From an uncultured archaeon (GTDB lineage: Archaea; Micrarchaeota; Micrarchaeia; Micrarchaeales; CABMGC01), in contig OY969902.1 of assembly GCA_963704435.1 (NCBI GenBank), positions 630,001 to 662,000 of the forward strand: a stretch of 32,000 nt of DNA, read 5' to 3'. This document shows positions 22,228 to 30,905 of this stretch, piece after piece; positions within the stretch are counted from its first letter, which is position 1, and every line of letters starts with the position of its first letter. Both the position numbers and the translations under genes were made by a program. A model generated the notes under the pieces. That model saw only the letters and a list, made by a program, of their open reading frames with translations, ran no database searches and was not told the DNA's origin.

Positions 22228-22689
22228 TTATTCGTTGGCTTTCAGATTTTTCTGTCGTGAGGCCGGCGGCTTTCCTCCTGTTTTACCGTCAAGCAGCTCG
22301 TTCAGCTCTCCGTCCACGCGCGATACGTGCTCGTTCTCCCTTCTCACGTTGAGCAGCCTGTGGCTCCTGAACCTTGATAGGAGCTCCCTCGCCTCCTGGT
22401 TCAGGGCCTTCAGGTTCGGGCTCTTTATCTTGTACGCCCCCGAAAGCTGGTTTATGACCAGCCTGCTGTCCGAGACGAGCACGATGTCCGTCCCGTTCCC
22501 GAACAGCTCCAGCGCCTTTTTCAGCGCGGCCACGACTCCCTTGTATTCCGCTACGTTGTTCGTGCAGATCCCGTTGTAGAATGCGCGCCTTTCGAGCAGC
22601 TTGTGCGAATCGTCCAACAGGCGATATCCTGAAGCGCTCTCTCCCGGGTTGCCTCTCGCGGCTCCGTCCGTGTAAGCGTATACCTTCAC
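22228..22689 (-). CDS. rnhA: Ribonuclease HI (type 1 RNase H)
   Basis: KVYAYTDGAARGNPGESASGY (first catalytic Asp), NNVAEYKGVVAALK (Glu) and IVLVSDSRLVINQL (Asp). GTG start. Confidence 0.85.
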   Translation of the reverse strand: MKVYAYTDGAARGNPGESASGYRLLDDSHKLLERRAFYNGICTNNVAEYKGVVAALKKALELFGNGTDIVLVSDSRLVINQLSGAYKIKSPNLKALNQEARELLSRFRSHRLLNVRRENEHVSRVDGELNELLDGKTGGKPPASRQKNLKANE

Positions 22690-22801
22690 CAGGTCACCTT
22701 TAAATCATTCTTCTGAGCCAGCGAGCATTTCTGGAATCCCTGACTGGACAAACTTCCATTTAAATGTTGCGCTGACAATACTTATCCTTAATGGTATCGA
22801 C

Positions 22802-23140
22802 ATGGCTAAGGGAGCAAAAAAGATAAAAAGGAAGCCCTCACGGCGGTATGCTGCGGCCCCCAAGAGCAAGGCCAACAGCAAGAAGCTTGAGGCGTTCCTG
22901 AGGGCGCAGAAGATAGACGAGATATTGATGGCGGGCAACATCCAGAGCCAGGCTGCGTCCGACAGCGCCGTCGAGGAGCGCCCTTCCGGAGAATCGCACA
23001 TTGTCGATCTCCTTGAGAACACAAGACTGCCTTCCAGGACGGACCTGGAGACTCCCATGCGTCAGGTCAGGGCTAAGAAAAATAAGGCAAGCAAGAAACA
23101 CAGAAAGGTGGCGAAAGCCAAAAAGAGAAAGAAAAGGTAG
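22802..23140 (+). CDS. Highly basic Lys-rich hypothetical protein (112 aa)
   Basis: MAKGAKKIKRKPSRRYAAAPKSKANSKK...RAKKNKASKKHRKVAKAKKRKKR. I prefer it over the antisense 117-aa ORF on codon usage (AAG/AGG/GAG) and because an ATG follows an A/T-rich upstream region. The function is unknown. Confidence 0.45.
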   Translation: MAKGAKKIKRKPSRRYAAAPKSKANSKKLEAFLRAQKIDEILMAGNIQSQAASDSAVEERPSGESHIVDLLENTRLPSRTDLETPMRQVRAKKNKASKKHRKVAKAKKRKKR

Positions 23141-23148
23141 CTAGCCGA

Positions 23149-24333
23149 TCATCCGCCCTTGCCCACGGAAAGCTTCACCCCTCCGTCAGGGTCACGTGTT
23201 ATGGTTATGTCTAGGCCCTCGCTGCCTAGCATGTGCCTCAGTTCCTCATAGGTATATGCGCCTATGTCGTCGCCCTTCTTGTTCCTGAGGACCTCCTCTC
23301 TCCGCTTCATAAGGGAGGCCTTCTCTATGACCGCGTATTTCAGCGACATCTTGGGCTGCTTCATGCCATAGATGTCCTCTATGCCGAGCTCGACCGGCTT
23401 GTAGCCCTCGCTCTGGTATATGAAGGGCAGCACAGCGCCGAACTCGGAGGTTATCCCGTCGACCACCGTCTCGACCTTCTTCATGTCGCCCGCCACAAGG
23501 AAGTCGTCTCCGTTTAGGAAGCCCACGAACGTGTTCCCCCCTGCGTCCTTGACCTTGTCCTGGAGCAGCTGCGACACTAGCCGCAGTATGGTTATGGCGG
23601 AATCGTTCCCGAACTTGCTCGCGAACCCCGCGAGCCCGTCCACCTTGAGCCTTCCCAGCTCGTAGTTCGAGTTGGTCTCCTTCAGCGCCTTCTCGACGCT
23701 GTCGGATATCCTGTCCTCGTTGGGCAGGTCTATGAGAGGGTCGAACTTCTTCCCCTTCTTCTTCAGGAATATGGTGACCAGGTCCCTCAGCTCGTCCGGG
23801 TCGAAGGGCTTCCTTATGTAGTAGTCGGCGCCGTACTTTATCCCCTTGAACCTGTTCGACGTGGCGTCGAGCGCGCTGACTATTATGATCGTCAGGTCGG
23901 TCATGCTCTTGTCCTTCTTGATGCTCTGGCAGATGTCCAGGCCGTCGACCCCAGGAAGCATCAGGTCGAGTATGACCAGATCCGGCTTCTCATGCCTTAT
24001 GCGGCGCAGCGCCTCAGTCCCGTCGTATATCTGCGTTATCTCGTATCCCTTTCCGAGGGATATCGACATCAGCTTGTTTATGTTCCTGTCGTCCTCTACG
24101 ATGAATATCCTCTTTATCGGCTGCTCCTCCTGGAGCATGTAATAGGTCAGTATCCCCCCGCTGTTCCTGGACGCGATGGCGTTCGCCCGCTCGAGCTCGT
24201 CGAGCCCCCTTTTCAGCAGGTCATTATCTATTTCGATGGACTTTGCGAAGTCCTTGAGCTCTTCGTACGTGACTTCCTGCCTGTCATTTATGAGGGACAT
24301 TATGTCAGATTCAACATCCTCAATACCTTTCAT
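23149..24333 (-). CDS. Response regulator: N-terminal wHTH, REC receiver, C-terminal degenerate GGDEF-like domain
   Basis: REC motifs: FIVEDD, LVILDLMLPGVDG (phospho-acceptor Asp), IIVSA and YIRKPF. The C-terminal ~150 aa align by eye to GGDEF domains: DPLIDLPNED (compare D.LTGL.NR), LKVDGLAGFASKFGN (compare lDiD.FK.iND.fGH) and FVGFLNGDDFLV (compare R.GGDEF, at 23500-23514). Confidence 0.8.
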   Translation of the reverse strand: MKGIEDVESDIMSLINDRQEVTYEELKDFAKSIEIDNDLLKRGLDELERANAIASRNSGGILTYYMLQEEQPIKRIFIVEDDRNINKLMSISLGKGYEITQIYDGTEALRRIRHEKPDLVILDLMLPGVDGLDICQSIKKDKSMTDLTIIIVSALDATSNRFKGIKYGADYYIRKPFDPDELRDLVTIFLKKKGKKFDPLIDLPNEDRISDSVEKALKETNSNYELGRLKVDGLAGFASKFGNDSAITILRLVSQLLQDKVKDAGGNTFVGFLNGDDFLVAGDMKKVETVVDGITSEFGAVLPFIYQSEGYKPVELGIEDIYGMKQPKMSLKYAVIEKASLMKRREEVLRNKKGDDIGAYTYEELRHMLGSEGLDITITRDPDGGVKLSVGKGG

Positions 24334-24422
24334 GATACCACTGGTCGCGCCGATAGTAATTACAGCGAAAGGATAATATTGCTTCTCATTTAAACTTCTA
24401 ACACGCTATCTGTAGTGATGAA

Positions 24423-25421
24423 TTGTACAAGGGAAAAACGCAGAGGGTTGCCCGCCATGCGGGAGGAGGCAGGAAGAAGGCGGTCGCAGCGGCAGCAGCG
24501 ATACTCATTATCGCGCTTGCGGCCTACTATCTCGTCGGGCAGGGGGTCCCCCAGATAACCCAGACGCAGCTGATCTACATACCCGCAAACCAGACTTCAT
24601 ATTTCAGCGTATCGGGGTATACCGTCGCGATGAGGCTCCAGAGCTCGGCCAGCTCCGGGGTGACGCTGTACACGAGCAGGGTCCCGGTGCTCCTGGGCCC
24701 GATCTCCGCCGTCTCACTGACCTCCGGGTCGAGTGCGAGCGTCAGCAGCGCGGGATCCGCTATCTCCGACATAAACGTAAAGCTCGAATCAAGCAGCAGC
24801 AGCGGAGCGTCAATCGACGTGACCCCGCTGCCGGCTGCGCTCTCCGTGGCGCCGAGCAGCTCGGTCAGCGTGCTCAATCCCGCGGCGCTAGGAGGCAGCA
24901 ACGCGAATACCAGCGCGATCACGCTGGCCACCACGGTATCGACGACGTCCGCGACCACGACCGTGCAGAACACCGCAGCCACGCAGGAGCAGCAGGCGCT
25001 CAGCATAGCCAACACCTCGTCGACCGGGCTGCTGATGAAGAAATACAAGGCGCTATACGACAGCGACACGGCGTGCAGCGCGAGCGTCTATGCCACGACC
25101 TACTCCCTGTACTACGGATTGGTGCCCGCAGTCCCAAACGATTTCGCCAACGTCAGCGCATTCACGCCAACGGACCTGACCGTGAGCGTGAGCCCAGTAT
25201 CGGGCAGCAGGTACAACGTCACATACTCCGCGGTCTCGCACTCGCAGTACACGTCAGGTCCAGCAGTGATACTTACCGTCGACACTTCGTCCTCTTCGGT
25301 GGTGGCCACGAAGTTCACGGGGCTGTACACAGGTCTCGGCTATGCGACCATAAACAGCACATACCTCTTCCAGAGCGGGGTCGCGAACAAGGCATGCGGC
25401 GCGCTGATATCCCCTCCATAA
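24423..25421 (+). CDS. N-terminally anchored Ser/Thr-rich extracellular protein
   Basis: TTG start. A basic N-terminus is followed by TM helix AVAAAAAILIIALAAYYLV, long S/T/A/V-rich stretches, several NxS/T sequons and two Cys. It lies between the RR and HK genes on the opposite strand. Confidence 0.55.
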   Translation: MYKGKTQRVARHAGGGRKKAVAAAAAILIIALAAYYLVGQGVPQITQTQLIYIPANQTSYFSVSGYTVAMRLQSSASSGVTLYTSRVPVLLGPISAVSLTSGSSASVSSAGSAISDINVKLESSSSSGASIDVTPLPAALSVAPSSSVSVLNPAALGGSNANTSAITLATTVSTTSATTTVQNTAATQEQQALSIANTSSTGLLMKKYKALYDSDTACSASVYATTYSLYYGLVPAVPNDFANVSAFTPTDLTVSVSPVSGSRYNVTYSAVSHSQYTSGPAVILTVDTSSSSVVATKFTGLYTGLGYATINSTYLFQSGVANKACGALISPP

Positions 25422-25446
25422 TGCAGCGGTCCGCCAGCCGGGCGGG

Positions 25447-27696
25447 TCACTGCTTTTGCGTCCCTCTCTTCTTCTGCTTTCCGGATACCGGCAGCGTGAA
25501 CCAGAACGTGCTGCCCTTCCCTGGCTCGGATATCACATGCATAGTTCCCCCGTGGAGGTTCACTATGCCCTTCGCGATTGAGAGCCCGAGACCGGTGCCC
25601 GACCCCTCCTGCTTGGTCAGGCCCTTCCTCTGCAGCTGGTAGAACTTCCTGAAGAGCTTGGACCGGTCCTCGCGGCCGATTCCCACCCCTGTGTCGGAGA
25701 CCTCCACCCTCACGTTCTTGCCCTTCCGGGAGACGTTGACCTTTATGCTTCCCTTGTCCGTAAATTTTATCGCGTTGCCTATGAGGTTGGCGAAGACCTG
25801 CAGGAGCCTGTTGGGGTCCGCCCTGATCTCGGGCACGTTGTAGTCTATGTTCCAGGAGAATTCCAGCCCCTTCTTCCGCGCCACCTCAGCTAGCGTGTTC
25901 AGGCTCGGCGTCTTAGCAAGCTCGTTGAGGTCGACGGCCTGGGGGTCTAGCTTTATCTTGGACGAGGCCAGCTTCGCCACGTCGAGTATCTGCATTATTA
26001 GCTCCATGAGCCTGTCCGATTCCGTGTTTATTATGTTGACGTACTCGCTCTGCTCGCTGCTGAGCGTGCCGAACGTGCCCTCCGTGAGCAGCTTCGCGAA
26101 GCCCTTTATGTTGGTGAGCGGCGTCTTGAGGTCGTGGGACAGGTCGTATATGAAATGCGTCTGCAGGTCGCTTTCCTCCTTCATGCTGTCGCGCTCTTTC
26201 GTCAGCTTCTCGACCTCGTCCTTGAGGCTCTCGTTCATGCGCTTCGTGCCGAGCTCCTTCATCATTATCATGTATCCGACCAGGCTGCTCTCCGCGTCTG
26301 TGACGCTTCTTACGGTCTGCTCGCAGGGGAGGCCCTCGTCGCTGCCCTTGGTCTGGATGTTGACGAACACGTTGCCCACGGTCCCGTTCTTCTTCGCCAG
26401 CGAGAGAGACGCGTTCGCCTTGTCCTGGCTGTCCTTGTCCAGGTACAGCAGGGTCAGCGCCCTCCCCTGCAGCTCGTCCCGCGTGTACCCGAGGATCCTC
26501 TCCGCGCTCCTGTTCGCCCCGCTGACATATCCGAACGCATCCACGGTCACCACGGCGTCACCGGCGTACTCGACGAGCTCGTCGATGGTTTTCTGCATGC
26601 TGCTTATGCGCTTCTCCATGCTTCCGCTGGACAGGACGCACGAGAATCCGCCGAACGCGTTCTTGACGAACGTCGCCTTCACCTCGACGAACACGTCGTT
26701 GCCCGCGTTTATCGTCATCTGTCTGACTAGCGCATCCTTGGCCGATCCAAGGCCGCCGATGAGGTCGCGCTCCCCGCCGTACTCAAGGTCGGAAAGCTTT
26801 CCCCCTATCACCATCTCCTTGCGCATCCTGAGTATCCTCTGCACGCTGTCCGTCGCCCATATGACCCTCGTGTCCTTGTCCATGAGCAGGAATGCGTCGT
26901 TAGTGCTGTAGTTCGCCAGTTTCGCCTCCTCGTCCAGCATCCTGAGGTTGGTTATGTCGTACGCGGTGACCAGGACCAGCTTCTCGTTCACCTCGCTTCC
27001 CGTCAGCCTGTAGAACCTGCCCGCGGCGTGCCTGTCCTGCGTCTCGATGACGCGCCCGCGCGCGAGGCTCTCGGCGGCATCCGCACCGACGTCGAAGAAC
27101 TCCCCGAAGTTCCTGCCGTTCAGTTCCCTCTGCATCCTTCCGGACGCCTTGACCATCGCCTTGTTGGCCTTGACGATGTTTCCCTTCCTGTCCAGCATGA
27201 GCCTGGCCGCTCCGGGGTCGAAGGCAGCGTCAAAATACTTTGCGAGGCTCACGCTCCTCTCCCGTTCTGCCCTTGCGGCCGCCTCGTAGGCGACTACTCC
27301 AGACAGGAGCGCGGCCCCCTCGACGAGCGCGGCCCCGAATGCGTCCTCCCGCTTCGAGAGCAGCGTCAGGATGAAGACGCTCCTCCCCTCCGCGACCGCG
27401 GGGAGCAGGACGCAGCTCCTGAAACCTGCATTGTAGTACTTGACAAGCTCCTGGAACGCGGAGTAGTCCCCCAGCCTGTTGTCGACGTAGGGCTTGCCCG
27501 TGTTAATGGCGAATTCCTCGAGCGGGGATAGGCCCTCCTTCTTGTCATAGGTTCCGACGAGCCTTGCGTAATCCGCGGAGAGGAGCCCGCTTATCTTATC
27601 CTTTGACTTCTCCAGAAGATCGTTCACGCCGCTTGTCCCCATCGCTATCGTAAAGAGCTCGGCTATCAGCCTGTCGATGGGGATTTGCTCCTGCAT
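25447..27696 (-). CDS. Soluble sensor histidine kinase (GAF + ~3 PAS + HisKA + HATPase_c)
   Basis: H box FIYDLSHDLKTPLTNIKGFAKLL, N box LIGNAIKFT, G1 SDTGVGI and G2 GSGTGLGLSIAKGIV. PAS-like repeats lie upstream (for example DAVVTVDAFGYVSGANRSAERILGYTRDEL). No TM helices are evident. Confidence 0.9.
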   Translation of the reverse strand: MQEQIPIDRLIAELFTIAMGTSGVNDLLEKSKDKISGLLSADYARLVGTYDKKEGLSPLEEFAINTGKPYVDNRLGDYSAFQELVKYYNAGFRSCVLLPAVAEGRSVFILTLLSKREDAFGAALVEGAALLSGVVAYEAAARAERERSVSLAKYFDAAFDPGAARLMLDRKGNIVKANKAMVKASGRMQRELNGRNFGEFFDVGADAAESLARGRVIETQDRHAAGRFYRLTGSEVNEKLVLVTAYDITNLRMLDEEAKLANYSTNDAFLLMDKDTRVIWATDSVQRILRMRKEMVIGGKLSDLEYGGERDLIGGLGSAKDALVRQMTINAGNDVFVEVKATFVKNAFGGFSCVLSSGSMEKRISSMQKTIDELVEYAGDAVVTVDAFGYVSGANRSAERILGYTRDELQGRALTLLYLDKDSQDKANASLSLAKKNGTVGNVFVNIQTKGSDEGLPCEQTVRSVTDAESSLVGYMIMMKELGTKRMNESLKDEVEKLTKERDSMKEESDLQTHFIYDLSHDLKTPLTNIKGFAKLLTEGTFGTLSSEQSEYVNIINTESDRLMELIMQILDVAKLASSKIKLDPQAVDLNELAKTPSLNTLAEVARKKGLEFSWNIDYNVPEIRADPNRLLQVFANLIGNAIKFTDKGSIKVNVSRKGKNVRVEVSDTGVGIGREDRSKLFRKFYQLQRKGLTKQEGSGTGLGLSIAKGIVNLHGGTMHVISEPGKGSTFWFTLPVSGKQKKRGTQKQ

Positions 27697-27773
27697 GGCC
27701 TCTGATTAAAATCTCTCGCTAAGTTAATAATGTTTGACGTGAACTAGGTATAACTGCATAAAAAGGAAGTCGC

Positions 27774-28436
27774 ATGGAGGCGAAGGAGGTCTTTGACGGA
27801 GTGTTCATGGTGGGAAGGAAGCTAGCCACGCGCAACCTGACCAGCGGGACCAAGGTATACGGCGAGGAGCTGGTGCGGATCGGCGGCTCCGAGTACCGGT
27901 TGTGGAACCCCTACAGGAGCAAGCTAGCGGCGGCGATACTGCTTGGCATGAGGGGCATGCGCATAGGGCGTGGCTCAAAGGTGCTGTACCTCGGCGCTGC
28001 GACGGGCACCACCAGCAGCCACGTGAGCGACATAGTGGGGAAGGGAGGGCTGGTGTACTGCATAGAGATATCCGAGAGGAGCATGCGGGAGCTCGTGGGC
28101 GTCTGCGAGTCGCGCGAGAACATGCTTCCGATGCTCAAGGATGCGAGGGACACGGACAGCTACGCAAAGGAAGTGGGCGTGTGCGACGTGCTATACCAGG
28201 ACATAGCCGCCAGGGACCAGGCGGACATACTCAACCGCAACAGCACCCTGCTGAGGAGCAAGGGCATGGCGTACGTCGCAATAAAGTCGCAGAGCATAGA
28301 CGTGACCGAGGACCCGGAGAAGGTATACGCGGATTTCCTCGCAAAGGTCTCGGAAATATTCGAAGTCCTTGAGAAGATAGACCTCAAGCCCTATTCGAAG
28401 ATGCATATGTTCGCGGTCCTCAGGAAGAGGAGATGA
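27774..28436 (+). CDS. flpA: Fibrillarin-like rRNA/tRNA 2'-O-methyltransferase
   Basis: YRLWNPYRSKLAAAILLG, KVLYLGAATGTTSSHVSDIVG (SAM-binding motif), LPMLKDAR and VLYQDIAARDQADI. Confidence 0.92.
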   Translation: MEAKEVFDGVFMVGRKLATRNLTSGTKVYGEELVRIGGSEYRLWNPYRSKLAAAILLGMRGMRIGRGSKVLYLGAATGTTSSHVSDIVGKGGLVYCIEISERSMRELVGVCESRENMLPMLKDARDTDSYAKEVGVCDVLYQDIAARDQADILNRNSTLLRSKGMAYVAIKSQSIDVTEDPEKVYADFLAKVSEIFEVLEKIDLKPYSKMHMFAVLRKRR

Positions 28437-28521
28437 TTTACTGGCAAGGCTGTGCCTCCGGAACCGGCACGAGAAACAATAAAAACCCAGACAGGCTAAG
28501 TGCAAGTGAGGAGGGGCCTTG

Positions 28522-29346
28522 ATGCCGGATTTCGGGAGATATCTGAGAAGTTTCGAAAACGCAAAGTTCTCAGAGGTGGTCTGCAAGCACTGCTGGACGC
28601 ATGCCAAGTCGGCAAGCGCAGTCGATGCCGTCTGCAACTTCTGCGAGCAGCACGTAAGCGCGTCCGCCTATGCGCTGCACAATCCAGAAGCCGAGGCCAT
28701 CTTCCTTAAGCTGCAGAGCGCCGCGGCCCGCGGCCTCAGGGCCGACGACCTTGGCGCGCTGGACGCGCTCTTGAAGGGATGCTCAGATCCGCAGGTCCTC
28801 TACATATCTGGAATATTCTACTCGATTCTTTCGGATTCCCTCTATCTCTGCAGGAACTACGCACTCCCTGGGTTCATGGAAGAGAACTCCGGCAACATTA
28901 AGGCCAGTCTCGGCTACTCCGCCAGGTCCAAGGAGCTGTTCTACGGAGCGATAGCCCTTTCGGGAACGGAGCCGGCTTCGGGAGCCGAAGCGGAGTCGCT
29001 ACTTTTCATGGAGTTCCTGTGCTGGATCAAGCTCGGTAGGCTCGCGGATGCGTCAAGGGTCCTGGAGACGCTCCACAAGCTGGCGAAGGACGAGAAGGCG
29101 CTAGACTACTCCGACATGGTCTTCAGCGTGGAATCAGGAGCGAAGGACGCGGACGCCAGGCTCGCCAAGCTGCTTTCGGGGAACGAGGCCAACGCCTTCT
29201 ATTATCTTGCAAAGCGCCTGGCGAAGGGGAAGAGGTTCGGCGAGGCGCTGTCCGTGCTCGCGCGGCTGGGTCGGAAGGTCAACGTGCAGATGGCCCCGCA
29301 GCTCGCAAGCTCGATAAGGGCAGCGCAGGAAGCATCAAGGGTGTGA
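28522..29346 (+). CDS. Hypothetical protein: N-terminal zinc ribbon plus helical-repeat region
   Basis: CKHCWTHAKSASAVDAVCNFCEQH (CxxC-x14-CxxC) is followed by an Ala/Leu-rich helical, TPR-like region. A GGAGG-like gtgaggagggg lies just upstream of ATG 28522. Confidence 0.6.
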   Translation: MPDFGRYLRSFENAKFSEVVCKHCWTHAKSASAVDAVCNFCEQHVSASAYALHNPEAEAIFLKLQSAAARGLRADDLGALDALLKGCSDPQVLYISGIFYSILSDSLYLCRNYALPGFMEENSGNIKASLGYSARSKELFYGAIALSGTEPASGAEAESLLFMEFLCWIKLGRLADASRVLETLHKLAKDEKALDYSDMVFSVESGAKDADARLAKLLSGNEANAFYYLAKRLAKGKRFGEALSVLARLGRKVNVQMAPQLASSIRAAQEASRV

Positions 29347-29351
29347 AAGGG

Positions 29352-30800
29352 TCAGCCCTTTATGACTCCCATCGGCACGTTCCTGCTCACGATCTGCGAT
29401 ATCCCCGCCTTCTCGACTACGCCGACCACGTCGTCAACGTTCTTGTAGGCCCACTCAGCTTCTTCGCTTATGAGCTTCTTGCTCCTTACGCGTATCTCTA
29501 TCCCCTTGCTCTTTAGCGACTCTAGCGTCTTGGACGCAGGAATGTCCCTGAGGGCCTGTGATCTTGACATTACCCTTCCCGAGCCGTGGCATGTGGTGCC
29601 GAATGTCTCTCGCATGGCCCCATCAAGGCCACATAGCACATAGCTTGCCGTCCCCATGCTCCCCGGTATGATTACCGGCTGGCCCGTTCCGCGGTACTCC
29701 TTGGGCACCTCCTCCCTTCCCTTAGAGAACGCCCTTGTCGCCCCTTTCCTGTGCACGTAGACCCTGACCCTTTTGCCTCCGAAATCGTGCTCCTCGAGCT
29801 TCGCTATGTTATGCGCGACATCGTACAGCAAGTCCATTCCCAGCGCATCAGCGCTCTCGCCGAATATCTCCTCGAAACTCCTCCTCACCGCGTGCGTTAT
29901 CATTTGCCTGTTCGCGAACGCGTAGTTAACAGCGCATTTCATCGCCGCCAGGTAATCGTCAGCTTCCTTGTCTCCTATCCTGGCGTAGCTCAGCTCCCTG
30001 TCTGGAAGGGTTATTCCCTTCCTGTTCTGGTATTCAACGAGCGCCCTGAGGTAGTCGCTGCAGATCTGGTGGCCGAATCCGCGCGACCCGCAGTGCACCA
30101 TAATGACGACCTGGCCCTTGAAGAGGCCGAAGGCCTTCGCCGTCTTCTCGTCGCAGATTTTGTCGACGCGTTGTATCTCGAGGAAGTGGTTGCCCGCCCC
30201 GAGTGTGCCCAGCTCGTCGATTCCCCTCTTCTTCGCGTCGGCGCTCACCTTGGAGAAGTCAGCGCCGTCCATTGCGCCGTTCTCCTCCGCCCTCGCAAGG
30301 TCTTCGCTCACGCCGAAGCCCTTGCCCAGCGCATACCCGACGCCTTCCAGGGCGGTCCTCTCCAGGTCGCCCATCGTAAAGCCCATCTTCAGCCTGCTGC
30401 CGACGCCGCTGGGCACGTTCTTGAACATCGCGTCGAGCAGCTGGTTAAGCTTCGGCCTGACCTCCTTCTCCGTCAGCCCTGTTTTTATCAGCCGCACACC
30501 GCAATTGATATCGTAGCCCACGCTCCCAGGAGAGATTATCCCATCGTTTGCATCGAAAGCCGCGACGCCTCCTACGGGAAATCCGTAGCCCTCATGCGCG
30601 TCGCTCATAAGCAGTATGTTGCCAACGATCCCTGGCAGCTTCGAGGCGTTCACCGCCTGCTGGAGGGTCCTGTCGCTCTTTATCTTCTCGAGCATCGCGC
30701 CAGTTGCGTAAACGACGACGCCCGAGTTCATTCCCATGGCCCTGTCCTGCCTTATCTCGAACTTGACATCGCTAAGCCGCTCCAGCTCCACAAACAGCAC
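29352..30800 (-). CDS. rtcB: RtcB RNA 3'-phosphate ligase (tRNA-splicing ligase)
   Basis: SDAHEGYGFPVGGV, GYDINCGVR, GAGNHFLE, HCGSRGFGHQ, HRKGATRA, IPGSMGTASYV and CHGSGR, which together form the full RtcB motif set. 482 aa, no intein, GTG start. Confidence 0.92.
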   Translation of the reverse strand: MLFVELERLSDVKFEIRQDRAMGMNSGVVVYATGAMLEKIKSDRTLQQAVNASKLPGIVGNILLMSDAHEGYGFPVGGVAAFDANDGIISPGSVGYDINCGVRLIKTGLTEKEVRPKLNQLLDAMFKNVPSGVGSRLKMGFTMGDLERTALEGVGYALGKGFGVSEDLARAEENGAMDGADFSKVSADAKKRGIDELGTLGAGNHFLEIQRVDKICDEKTAKAFGLFKGQVVIMVHCGSRGFGHQICSDYLRALVEYQNRKGITLPDRELSYARIGDKEADDYLAAMKCAVNYAFANRQMITHAVRRSFEEIFGESADALGMDLLYDVAHNIAKLEEHDFGGKRVRVYVHRKGATRAFSKGREEVPKEYRGTGQPVIIPGSMGTASYVLCGLDGAMRETFGTTCHGSGRVMSRSQALRDIPASKTLESLKSKGIEIRVRSKKLISEEAEWAYKNVDDVVGVVEKAGISQIVSRNVPMGVIKG

Positions 30801-30905
30801 CCACTCCCTGTTTTTACGTCGTTTTTAATGACAAAGATTAAATACCAGTAAATAACATATATGCTTACAAAGGATTTTAATGTATCCCTGATAATTCATA
30901 TCCGT

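Noticed and set aside
22705-23058. 117-aa minus-strand ORF overlapping the Lys-rich gene
   Set aside because: Its codon usage is less genome-like and its translation is Ser/Ala/Leu-rich without a clear start context. I kept it as the less likely alternative to the plus-strand ORF, but the call is not secure.
24413-24419. GTGATGA resembling a C box of a C/D sRNA
   Set aside because: No D box (CUGA) or terminal complementary stem lies within a plausible distance. The sequence abuts the TTG start of the 24423 ORF.
29352-30800. Possible intein in RtcB
   Set aside because: At 482 aa the motifs are contiguous and the length is normal, so there is no insertion.
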